From positions 10,182-74,181 of IMG/VR virus record IMGVR_UViG_3300035189_000005: a stretch of DNA of 64,000 nt; one strand, given 5' to 3'. This DNA is from a virus. Every line of letters begins with the position of its first letter. Position 1 is the stretch's first letter. This document shows positions 46,370 to 57,900 of this stretch, one piece after another. The notes beneath the pieces are model-generated. The model did not search any database and was not told the DNA's origin. It saw only the letters and a program-made list of their open reading frames with translations. A program made the translations under genes and the position numbers.

Positions 46370-46828
46370 ATGGCCCTGAGTATTGATGACATCATGTCGA
46401 GCCTTTCCGGCCTCATCGGTGGTGGCAATAACGGTGCAACCGCTTATGCCGCCCCTGATTCTGGATGGTCCCCGACTCAATCCCAACTTCCATCCTTTGG
46501 TTCCCTGGCTGGCAATAGCTTTGGTCAGCCCAAGGCCCCTGCATCGGGTAACTTCGGTGGGACCGGTTTCGGTCTGAATACCGAAACTGCTCAGTTGGGT
46601 CTGAGTGGTTTGCAGTCCCTGGCTGGTATCTTCAACTCGCTTCAAGCCAACAAGTTGGCGAAGGATCAGTTCAATTTCACCAAGGACATCACGAACACCA
46701 ACTTGAACAACCAGATCAAGTCGTATAACACGTCTCTGGCTGATCGGATCAACTCTCGTACGTTCACGCAGAACCAAGACCAGTCTGTGGCTCAGGACTA
46801 CTTGGACAAGAACCGCCTGTCGCGGTAA
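46370..46828 (+). CDS. ejection / structural protein (N4 gp52-like)
   Basis: Synteny; N.LA..QF...K.....NL.NQ.KSYNT.L.DR. Confidence 0.8.
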   Translation: MALSIDDIMSSLSGLIGGGNNGATAYAAPDSGWSPTQSQLPSFGSLAGNSFGQPKAPASGNFGGTGFGLNTETAQLGLSGLQSLAGIFNSLQANKLAKDQFNFTKDITNTNLNNQIKSYNTSLADRINSRTFTQNQDQSVAQDYLDKNRLSR

Positions 46829-46840
46829 GAGGACACAACC

Positions 46841-48829
46841 ATGGCCGCTTTGACTTGGCGTAATGTGGATGCCCCTGACTTCCGGGGCTCCCTGGATGCC
46901 TACCGCCAGTCCAGCCAAATGCTGAACCAAGCATTGGGTGGGGCTTCGGATGCCTTGGGCAAATTCGATAATGCCCAGAACCAAGGGGCAAACCAGCAAG
47001 TGATGCTGGAAGCCCTGAAATACAATGACCCCAAGGCGTATCAGGATGCCTTGGCCTCCGGCTCGTTGACTGCTGGTGTCGATCCCCGCCGACTCTCGAC
47101 CGCTACCATTCAGGGTCTTGGTTCCCGTAGCGGTGATCTCCTGAACCAAGCGGTTACCGGTCAGCGTCTCCAGTCTGCCCAGTATGGTCAGAACCGGACT
47201 GAGCAACTGAACAGTGCTACCGACAATGCTCGTGAAGCAATCGGTGCAATGACGGCTGCTGCTGCTTCGGGTGATCCTGCTCAGGTGGCTGCTGCACGGC
47301 AACAGTACGGTCCGATCCTGGCTCAACTCCAGGGTGATCAGCAGATCGGTTTGGCGAAGGATGCTCAGAGTCTGCAAAGCGGATTCCTGGGTAACCAATC
47401 CAAGGCCTTCAACAACATGACCACCCAGCGTGATGACGCTGAGACTCGTGCTGCTCAGGCTGCATTCACCGATGTGCTGCGTCGTTCGGCCAGCCCTGAT
47501 GATGCCCGTTCGATTCTGGAATCTCAGAATTACGATCCGGCTGTTCGAGCGAAGCTGAATAACATGATCCAGGCTCAGTTCCCTGGGACCTATGGTTCCC
47601 TCAGTTCTGGCTCTGGTGGTGGCATTGCCCCATCTGCACCGGGTACTCATGGGACCAAAGCTGGTAGTGCCTATGATGCGACGGTTGGTTTCCAAGCGAC
47701 TCCAACTCCGATCTCTGGCATGACCATGGGCCAAGCAGTGGACTTCGGTGAGAAGTCTCTTATCCCTGCTACTCGTGGCCGGGCTGATCTTGGTCTTCCT
47801 CCTGATCTTGGTTCCAGTGCCATGGGTCCATTTCAAATCACCGCATCCACCATGAAGGACTTGGGTCCGAAGGTGTTCGGTGATAAGTGGAAGGACACCC
47901 CGATGACTCCTGAGAATCAGGACAAACTGGGCAAAGAGTTGTTCGACCAGCGTAAAGGCGGTGACCTTTCCAAGACCTGGACTTCCCTGCCTGATGCAGC
48001 ACCGGGGGCTTACAAGAACAAGTCCTGGGATGAGATGCGTAATATCATCGCTCAAGGCGAAGTTGGTGCCACTCTTGATCCAATCCCTAAAGGGGCTACT
48101 GAACGTGCTGTTGCTGAAACCACTTCTCGCTTCATGCAGAACACTGGCATGGGCGGTGCTGCTGCGGATATTGCCAAGAACGTTGGTGATACTCGTCCGC
48201 AGGGTCAGATCGTCAATGACTTGACCAAGGAAGGTGGTTCGTTTGCTGGTGCTGACAAAGGTCTGGTGACTGAGGCCATCAACCGTGTCATGCAGGATGG
48301 TCAAGTCAACGCTGCACAAGCTGGTGCCATTCTGGAACGTAACCCTGAACGTGCTACCTGGGCCTCGGCTATTCGTGGTTATCTCGGTGGCCGTGACACT
48401 ACCCGTAACTTGGGTGGTGATATCCGCATCAATGATGCTGGTGTGCAGGCCGAGATTCAGTCCCAGCGTCAAGGTAACACTGTAGACAAAATGCTGGCTC
48501 AGGCTACTACCGGTGCCCAGGTTCAAGCATTGCAGTCTGCCCAGCAAACCTTCACTGCTGCACAGAACCAATACAATGCTGCTGCTGCTCGGGCAGAAAC
48601 TCAACCAGGCCTGCGGGCTCAACTCCCTCGCTACAAAGCAGCGATGGATGAAGCACAGAAGGCACTGGAACTTCAGTTGGAAAGTCAGCGTACTGAGCCG
48701 AACTTTCAAGCTCGGCGTATTGCCCGACCACCAACTCCGGCTGAACAGGCGAAGGTAGCTGCTGCTGATCCTCAGGCATTGGCTAACGCTTTCCCTCGCT
48801 ATATCCCAGATCAGCTCCTACAAGACTGA
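46841..48829 (+). CDS. ejection / structural protein (N4 gp51-like) with a central lysozyme-like segment
   Basis: LTWRNVDAP start; SSAMGPFQI...T.......TPENQDKL....W.SLP. Confidence 0.8.
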   Translation: MAALTWRNVDAPDFRGSLDAYRQSSQMLNQALGGASDALGKFDNAQNQGANQQVMLEALKYNDPKAYQDALASGSLTAGVDPRRLSTATIQGLGSRSGDLLNQAVTGQRLQSAQYGQNRTEQLNSATDNAREAIGAMTAAAASGDPAQVAAARQQYGPILAQLQGDQQIGLAKDAQSLQSGFLGNQSKAFNNMTTQRDDAETRAAQAAFTDVLRRSASPDDARSILESQNYDPAVRAKLNNMIQAQFPGTYGSLSSGSGGGIAPSAPGTHGTKAGSAYDATVGFQATPTPISGMTMGQAVDFGEKSLIPATRGRADLGLPPDLGSSAMGPFQITASTMKDLGPKVFGDKWKDTPMTPENQDKLGKELFDQRKGGDLSKTWTSLPDAAPGAYKNKSWDEMRNIIAQGEVGATLDPIPKGATERAVAETTSRFMQNTGMGGAAADIAKNVGDTRPQGQIVNDLTKEGGSFAGADKGLVTEAINRVMQDGQVNAAQAGAILERNPERATWASAIRGYLGGRDTTRNLGGDIRINDAGVQAEIQSQRQGNTVDKMLAQATTGAQVQALQSAQQTFTAAQNQYNAAAARAETQPGLRAQLPRYKAAMDEAQKALELQLESQRTEPNFQARRIARPPTPAEQAKVAAADPQALANAFPRYIPDQLLQD

Positions 48830-48846
48830 TTCTTGGGTATACAATG

Positions 48847-48872
48847 AGACCTCGCTTCGGCGGGGTTTTCTT
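48847..48872 (+). terminator. intrinsic terminator
   Basis: GACCTCGC-TTCG-GCGGGGTT-TTCTT. Confidence 0.8.
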
Positions 48873-48931
48873 GTTCCAGGCGATAACGTATAGTCTTCCT
48901 CAAACTTAATCTGCAAACAGGGTCCAGACCA

Positions 48932-51900
48932 ATGGCTGATATCAACTCTATGCTTTCCAAAGCAGCCCAACCTAATGCCATGCTGCCTGGGCCTGAAGAG
49001 GATTATGCTCTGCTCGCTGCACAGCAGCCTGCACCTACCCCAGCTCCGGTTGCCCCACAACCAGCCGGTTCCATTCTTGCCGACAATGGTGTGAACCCAT
49101 GGAACCCTCCGGCCACTGTACCGACTCCTTCCATGTTGCCTACTTTGTCTCAGGACAAGATGGCTGCGGTTACTGCTGCATCCACTGACAAGAAAGCCCA
49201 AATGGCTACCCCTTATCAGATGGCTGCTGGTGGTCCAACTGGTTCCGGCACTCAGAACATGTCCGACTATGAAGCGGATCTCCGCTACATGGACGCATCG
49301 AACCTGACCAAGAAGTATGGCAGCCAAGCAACTTCGATGTTGCTGGATCGTGTCGCTGGTCAGTTCGAATACCAAGCTGATGCCTCTGTTCCCAACCGTC
49401 TCGGCAGTGATGTCACTTATGACTCCCTGTCTTCTGGTCTGTCTGGTCTGGGTAATGCCCTGGGTGGTATTGCTGCTCTTGGTACTGGTGTTGTTTCTAA
49501 CACGGGTGGTGCCACTATCGCCAAGGCACTGGGTGATGCAACTGAATGGGTACAGGGTACTCAATCCCCTGAACTCCAAGCAGCACGCCGAGTGATGGAA
49601 GCGAAGAACTTCCTTGACTCCCGTGATACTCAAATCGAATTCGAAAAAAACAAGAAGACTGATGGCGAGTTCGTTGCCAGTCTCAAACGTGTCGGCCATG
49701 AAGTGGTCAACACTCTGGACAATGCCACCGATAACTCCGCTACCGTTATGGACGGTATCTCTCAGGCACTTGGTTCCCTCTTTGCAGTGGGTCCAATTTC
49801 CAAGGGTATCGCTGCCCTCGTACCTCAATCCACCAAGGCTGGTGTAGGTTTGGCTGCTGCCATTGATGCAGCCTCCGGTTCCAAGTCTGCTGCTCGTGTC
49901 CTGGCCGCTGCCGGTGAGCATGCTCCTGTCCTTGGTTCCATCGCTGCAATTGAAGGTGGTGGTGCTTACCAGCAAGTCACTGCTGACATCATGGGCCGTG
50001 ACCACCAGAAACTTCTGGATGAGTCCCCGATGTACAAGGAGTTGATTGATCAGGGCATGAGCCAAGAGGATGCCAAAGCTACCGTTGCCAACCGCACTGG
50101 TAAGCTGGCTGCTGCTATCACTGCACCTCTCGCTGCTGCCACCGGTACTCTGGTGAGCAAGTTCGAAGGTTCTCCATTTGCTGCCAAGTCTCTGACCCAA
50201 GTGGTAGGCAACATCCTCAAGGAACCAATCGAAGAAGGTATCCAGGGCGGTACTTCTCAGATCGCTCAGAACTATGCCGAACAGCAATATGCTGACCAAA
50301 CCAAGGCTCTCTCTGAGGGTGTTGGTCGTCAGGTTGCTGAAGGTGCCCTCTATGGTCTGGGTATGACTGCTGTCACTCAGGCCCCTGTCGGTGCTGCCAA
50401 GGTTGTGGGTGCTGCTGCACCAATCGTTGGTCGTGCAACTCTGGCTACTGCTGCCAAAGTGGGTGACTCCCTGGCTGCCCGTGCTGATGCACTTCAAGCC
50501 AAGAATGAGGCTGCCAGCCCAGTAGCTGATGCCACCATCCTCAAGGCTGCCACTGAAGCACAGACCACTGCACCTCAAGCTGCTGCAACTCTACAAGAAG
50601 CTGTTCAAGCTCTGCCTGCTGAGAAGCAACCGGCTGCACAGACCTATGTCGATAAGCTGATGACTGCATCAAACTTCGACCCAGCCGAAGTATCTGCTTC
50701 CTTGGCTCCAGCTCTTGAAGGTTCGACCAACCGTGTTGATGCCATCCAGCGTCTGGCGAAGATGGTTGCTGATGCTCCAGAAGGTAGCCGTGAGCAACTG
50801 ACCGCTGGCCTGAACATGTATGACCTGCTGGCTCCATTCGCCAAGATCGTGGATAGCGATCCTTCGGCCATTGATGCCATCCCTGCTAATCACCCAGCTT
50901 CGAACATCATTAAGGAATACGATGCTCTGATGGCTAACGTCCAGAACACCCCATCGGTGTTGAAGGCGTTGGGCACCATCCAAGAGATCGTCGCCAAGCA
51001 AGCTCAGGCTCCGGTTGATGTTACCAATCCTGAAGATGTGCGGAATGCTGCTACTGTTGCTGAGATGGCACCGGACAAGGCGAATCTGGATAACAACGAG
51101 AAGATTCTGTATCAGGCTTCCCAGGGTAACCTTCAGATTACCCCTGAACAGAAAGCTGCTCTGCAAACCTCAGTGGCTATCCTTCGTGCGGCTAAAGCTG
51201 CCGATGAAGAAGCCGTCCGGCTTGGTGACCAATCCAAGGCGGCACAGGTATCCCGTAACGTTCGCACGGAGGAAGGCGAGAAAGGGAAATCGGCGTTGCA
51301 GTACGCCCAGGGTGTCATGTCCGCATGGAAGGCGGGTAACACTGATCTCGCAACTGATCGTCTCGGGGCGATGAAGGATTTCGTCCAGCACATGGACAAC
51401 AAGGTCGCTGCCCTTAATACGCATTTTGCTGGTGGGGACCCGAAGGCAAATGCTGTCACCTACCAAGCACTTGCCCCGAACGGTGAGTGGTTCGACTCCA
51501 AAAAGGGATTGAGCGTCAACCCGACGAAAGAGGGATCGGTAAAGTTTGCACAAACTGTTGCCATGGAAGCCAAGATGTTGGCCGATGTTTACAACGGGTT
51601 GGCTGATGCTTTTCCAGATCTGGGCGCTAAACATTTTGATGTTACCTCGTTGGATTCCAAGCTGAATATTCCAGCAAATCAGGTAGTTGCAGCATCCTCC
51701 CCTGTTGCCGAAACTCCTGCGATTAAGCCGGAGTCTACCGTGGCTAAGCCTTCGGCTCCAGCCGCTCCTGTCAAGGTTGTGACACCTGCCCCAGTTGAAA
51801 AAGTTCCTGCTCCTGCTGCAAAAGTGGAGAAAGCACCCGTTAAGGAGACTGTAGCTGAGCCAGTGAAGACCGGGACTGCTGCTGCATTTCCGCAACTGAC

Positions 51901-54900
51901 AACCGTTACATTTGCTGAGACATTCAAGCTGCCGACTGAGCAACTGACTCATACCATTGGTTCCGAAGCTCCGATGGACTTCGTGTCGAATGTGCTGAAG
52001 TCTCAGACTAATCTGGTGAACTTGGTTGGTAACGCCAAGAAGCAACTGACCCCTGAGATCTCCAAGGCATATGCTGCCCACCTCGATATGGGCCGTAACC
52101 TGACCGACACCATGCAATCCAACCTCTCCAAGTTCCTGGGTGAGAACAAGTTGGGTGAACGCTTCGCTGCCGGTGAGGAAGTGAACCGCTTCGTTGCAGC
52201 CAAGGCCCTGAACATCACCGAGACTGTGGATGGTGAAGTGGTCTATAACCAAGAGTTGGTTGAAGGTGCTGCACTGGCTGGTCTGCAATGGATCATCACT
52301 GCTGACAGCATGGGTTCGAAACTGGATGAGAAGGATGTGGCCGGTATCCTGGGTATCGACGCTGACTTGGTTACCCCAGCTCAACTGGTTGACATGAATG
52401 AAGGCCAGTCTGTTGTCGAAGCCAAACGCAATTTGGCTCAAAAGATCCGCAACTACTGGGGCGTCAAGTCTGACAGCAAAGCTCAGATCGGTAACACCGA
52501 AGGTATCCCTGAGTCGGTTGCTGCTGAACTGATGCGTGCTCTGGAATCTGAAGGCTTGATCCAAACGAAGACTCTGTACTTCACTGCTGATGGCCAACTG
52601 GTATCCGGTGAGAAACCGAAAGGTGTGGTCAAAACCATTGATCGGATCATCCCATCCAAGCTGTCCGAGGAATCTCCAATCCGTGCCTTCCCTACTGCCA
52701 TCGAGATGGCTGTGATGAAGACCCCGGAAGAGACTTCCTACATCGGCTCTGGTCAGAAGATTCCTGTCGCTGACACGCAGATGCGTAACCCTTTGGTTCA
52801 GAACACTGCCCAGCAGAAGGCAGCCATTGAGGCTGAGCAATCTACCCCTTACTACATCCAGCCTCGTATGTCTGGCCTGTACGCAGCTCTGGGTGTGGAC
52901 AACCTGATCCGCATGTTCGGTGTTCCTGATGCCGACGAAAAGACCATGAACATCAACCACTTCAAGTCGGTTGAAGGCAAGAACCGTTCGATCATCGACG
53001 GCTTCAGCCACCTGATGGGCCAGATTCAGCAAGTCTCCAACGTGGGTGATGCTGAAGGTACTGCTTTGGATCAGACTCCACTGTTCTACCCACACAACAT
53101 GTCCCGTGTTGGTCGGATGCAGATGATCGGCAAGTACAGCCCACAGGCCAATAAAATGGTCCGGGAGGCAATCTTGCCTACTCGTTCCACTCTGGACCTG
53201 ACCAACAAGACGGGCACCGACTACAACAACTTCATGCTGGGCATTGCCCAAGCACTGGGTGTCAAAGTCCACAAGATGACCATGGCTGATTCCCGTGCCA
53301 AGGCTGAAGCTTTGCTGACTGGTCCACTGAGCCAATCGGTGGATAACCTGCGTGCATGGCAGAAGGGCTTCAATGCTGACAACGTTCTGTCTGCTGCTGA
53401 CTCGATTGCTCCGACCACTGTGGGTAACCTGATCCAGAACTTCAAAGGTATCGGTCTGACTCCGATGGCGCTGCATGCTGTGATGGAATACTCCCGCATG
53501 TTGGATCATCCAGGTAAGGACTTCACGACCAGCATCTATGTCGAAGCTGATGGCATGACCAACGGCCCAATGAATGCCATGGCTATGTTCACCACCGGTG
53601 AGTTCTCTTCTTCTCAGATCACCAACATGGCGAAGGGTGGCTTCTATGTGAACCGTCCAGACATGACGGCGAACGAATACAACTCGACCCAGGACAAGAA
53701 GGATCTCTATCAGGCCACTACCGATAGCCTTCGTGAACTGATGCGGAACCAACAGGCAAACTTCCAGGCCAACAACCCTGCTGCCAATACCCAGCTCAAC
53801 CATCTGTTCAACCTGATGGAAGAGTTCCTGGGTGGTCAACTATCGGTGAGTGAGACTGGGGACTTGGTTCTGGATCGTGGTGTTGCGAAGAATCCATTGA
53901 CCATCACCCTTTATGGTGCAGGTGCTGGTGGTATCGCTGCCAAGATCGTCAAGCAAATGACTGACTCGATCTACGAGCGTCTGAGCCAAGTGGCCCAAAC
54001 CAAGGCTGATTCCAAGAACTGGGCAGATGCCATGTTCGGTCCTCAGTCGGCTACCCCTGAAGAAGCCAAGGCCAAGCTGACTAAGTTCTCTCAGGCTCTG
54101 GCTGCACTGGGTACTCAGAAGGCTCGTTTGGATCAGAAGGGTAATGTCGTCATCGAGAAAGCTGATGCTGGCAAACCTCGTACTGAATTCGATCCGATCA
54201 AGTTCACGATCACCCCAGAAGAGTTCAAGAACATGCAGTCCAACGTACTGGCCCTGTTCGTTGGCCCAATGCGTGAGGCAATCACCGAAGTGGTGGGCAA
54301 GCCTCTGCTGGATACTGCTGACCTGCTGCGTAAAGCAACTCAGGTCCAGTCGATCTACCTCGAAGCTGCTTTCCGTACCGAGATCGAGAATGCCCTGGCC
54401 GAGAAAGCCAAGGACCCGACTTGGAAGAAAGGTGACTTCCTGACCCAATCGGAACTGAATGACATCTACAAGAAACTCGATCACTTGGCTCCGATGATCA
54501 AAACACCAAACCAGACATTTTATGTGGCTGGTTCTCAGACCTCTGACCTGAATCTCACTGAGTTCGGTCGGGCGTTTGATGGTGCATTCCGCACTCCGGC
54601 CTACGTGTATGGCCCTGCAAACTCTGGCGTATCTGGCATCCCTTACCTGAACATCGGTGCGGGTGACGCAAACATGATGCAGATCATTGCTTCCAAGGAA
54701 GACGCAGTGAAAGGCACCTTGAAGATCTTCGACGGTATGAACATGCCGTTGGACCAGATGCACGAGGGTTCCTTGCAGGCCAACGAAGCTGTGTGGCAGA
54801 CCTGGACAGCAAATCCCCTGCAAGCAGTATCCGAGAGCTACAGCCAGTTCATGGCTAATGCCAACTTGGATATCAGCGAATCAGGCAAGGAAATGCTGGT

Positions 54901-57900
54901 ACAGGCTCTGTTTCCGCCGAAGATGTGGAAAGAGGATGTCCCTATGGAAGACATCCGCTATGCCATGGAGGCAATGACAGGCCAACTGACTACTGCCGTC
55001 GAGCAGATCGAAGCCCGTCACAACGTGATGAACATGGTGAATGTGTCCGTCGATCAGATGGCTGCCGTAGGTGTGCCGTACACACGCCCAGGTAAGGTCC
55101 AATTGAATGGCACTGATCCAGCATCCATTGCTGCACAGATGAACACCCTGTATGCCCAAGAGTTGGCAAAGATCCAGCAAGCCGGTAAGACCGTCGAGTC
55201 TGTCGGACCTGAGATCGAAGCCTTGGCTACCAAGCACAGCACGGGTGTTTCCTTGCTGAACTCTGCTGACTTGGCGAACCTTGCCCAAGCTACTCGTATG
55301 TCGAAAGACCAAGCCGATGTTCTGAATCAGATCACGAAGTCTCTCGCCGCTAAGGAGTACATGGTTGTCTTTGGTTCCGCTGAGCAAGTAGGTCAGTTCC
55401 AGCAGGAAAATGGCTTCACCGCCCCAGCCCAGTTGCCGTCTGGTGAGATTGGTGGTTACACAGTCCCGGCTGATCGGTTGGTCTACTTGATCAATCCTTC
55501 CTCTGAGACTCTGGTCCACGAGTTGATCCATGCTGCAACGTTCAGCAACGTGGAAGCACACTACTCCGGTGATGCTGCTTTCGCTCGCCAGAACCCACAG
55601 GCTGTTGCTGCCATCAAACGTAGTGAAGCCCTGATGAACCAATTCCTTGAGCTGGATCTCACTCAGGTGAGTCCAGCCATGGTTGAGGCTTATGACAACG
55701 CTACTTCGGTGATCAACGATCACCTGCTTAACGGGAACAAGGCCGAAGCTCTTAACGAGTTCATGGCATGGGCACTTTCCAATCGCCAACTGCAAGACCT
55801 GACCAAGCGAACCAAAGCCACGAAACTGGCCCAGATCGCTCAGGGTGTGTGGGAAGCGATCAAGTCGATGTTCTTCCGCAATCGTGAGGCACCGAGCAAA
55901 GGGACTGACATGTTCAGCAACCTGATGTTCAACACTGCCATGCTGATGCAGCGTCAGCCATCGACTGGTGCTCGTTACCAGGAATCGGTTCTGTTCCAGA
56001 ATTCCCAGTACGGTAACAATGACCGTTTGGTTCAAGTAGCTGAGACGTATGGCAAGACCATCGCTCAGTACCTGGGCAAGCCACCAACTCAAGGCCAGAT
56101 TCTTCCATCTGCTGGTGTGCAACAAGCACTGATGAAGTCCTATCAAGTGGGCCAGTTGTTCATGTCCCACGGCTTCAACATGGATGCCCAGCAAGCTTCA
56201 GCCTTCAACCACATCGTCACTGCCCTGGCTACTGAGGCACACATCGACCCGAACTCGATGATGGCAGCCCAGCAGTTGTACTCCCACGTCACCAAGAATC
56301 TGACCGTTGAGTCGTTCATGACTGACCCTGAGAGCACCAATCCTGCTGATCGCTACTACGCCCAGGAGAAGTTCAACGTCATCATGGGTCGTTACGGTGC
56401 AGTCAATGACTTGTCTGGCCGTTCGACTCTGATGCCTTCCTTCTTGGCTCTGGCTACTGTCGATGACGGTTTCCGCAAGATCCTGTCTGAGATGGACCTG
56501 CCCAAGACTTCCAAGAATGAAGCCAAGACTTTGGATGCACTCTTGGAGAACACCGGCAATGCAGTGATGGACAAGCTGTCGGCTCGTATGGCTGGGACCC
56601 AAAAGGCAACCAATGTGCAGCAAGCAATTGATGCCCTGCACAGCCAAGTTGCTGATTTGGTTCAGAATCGTGAGACCTTCATCGACCAGATGGCTTCGAA
56701 GTCTGGTGGTCTGGTTGATCGTGCCAATGAGATCGTGGTTGATGGTTTGACCACCCTCTCCAACGCTGCTATGGCTACTGCAACTCGTGTGCAGAAGAAT
56801 GCATCCAACCGCATCACTCGACTGGCTGCCGGTGCAGTTGCTGGTACTGCTGCAATCCTGAGCCAGACCAATGGTGAGATCCTGTCGAAAGGCATCATGG
56901 CGAACATCAACAAGACGAAGGCATGGGAACCGCTGCACACCCTGATCAACGATCTGGTAGGCCGCACCTCTGATAACGCCAACATCTACGACATGATCAA
57001 GGGTACTCGTTCGGTGATCCAATCCGCCCGTCAACAGTTCCGGGAGCATCTGCCTGAGCTGCTGGCCGAGAAGTTCAGCCGTGAGCTGACCTCTGATGAG
57101 TGGTCCACCCTTCACGCTGGCATGGGCAAGACTGATCTGGCAGCACTGGCTGACACTCGAACCAATGAGGAAGTTCGTAACCTGCTCACTGATCCGGCTG
57201 CAATGACTGCTGAGATCTCCCGCCTTGAGTCTGAACTGAGCAAGTACGACTCGATCTCTTTCCCTTTGGTTCAGAAGAAGGCGAAGCAACTCGCCAACTA
57301 CATGAACACTGGTGTCCCAGGCAACAACCTGCTGCGTAACGCTACTGCTGTCGGCGGTCTGTTTGGTGAAACCAAGCTACTGCCATTCAGTGTCAAGGGC
57401 GAGAAGTACACCAAGTCTCTGGATGAACTGATCTCCCTCTACGCTCTGGACACCCTGCCGAAAGGAACCAAGGAAGCATTGGGTGCCCTGGCTAAAGGTG
57501 AGGCTGAAGGCATGGACTTCTCTCTGTCCTACCTGAAGGGCCAACGTGTTGAGGAACTCCGCAAGACCACGGGTCAAGCGGCAGCCAACGCATACAAAGG
57601 CTACATCCCGAAATCGAACCAAGAGGGTGTGTCTCTGGTGGTTGTTGATGACAGCAACTACGCAGAGATGGCAGCCAAGTCCTACGTTCGGATCGGTGAC
57701 TATGAAGGTTCGAGCATGGATCGTGGTCAGCCTTCGAAGGGTTACTACTTCGCTCCGGTTGCTGCCCGTGCAAGCTTCCAGCAAGGCATCATGCAGAACG
57801 TTCGCCAGACTGCCTCCGGTGTGGATGCAGTGACTGGTTACACCGATGGCATGGTGGCAGGCCGTATCACTGATGCTGCACAGATCAAGCAGATGGCTCG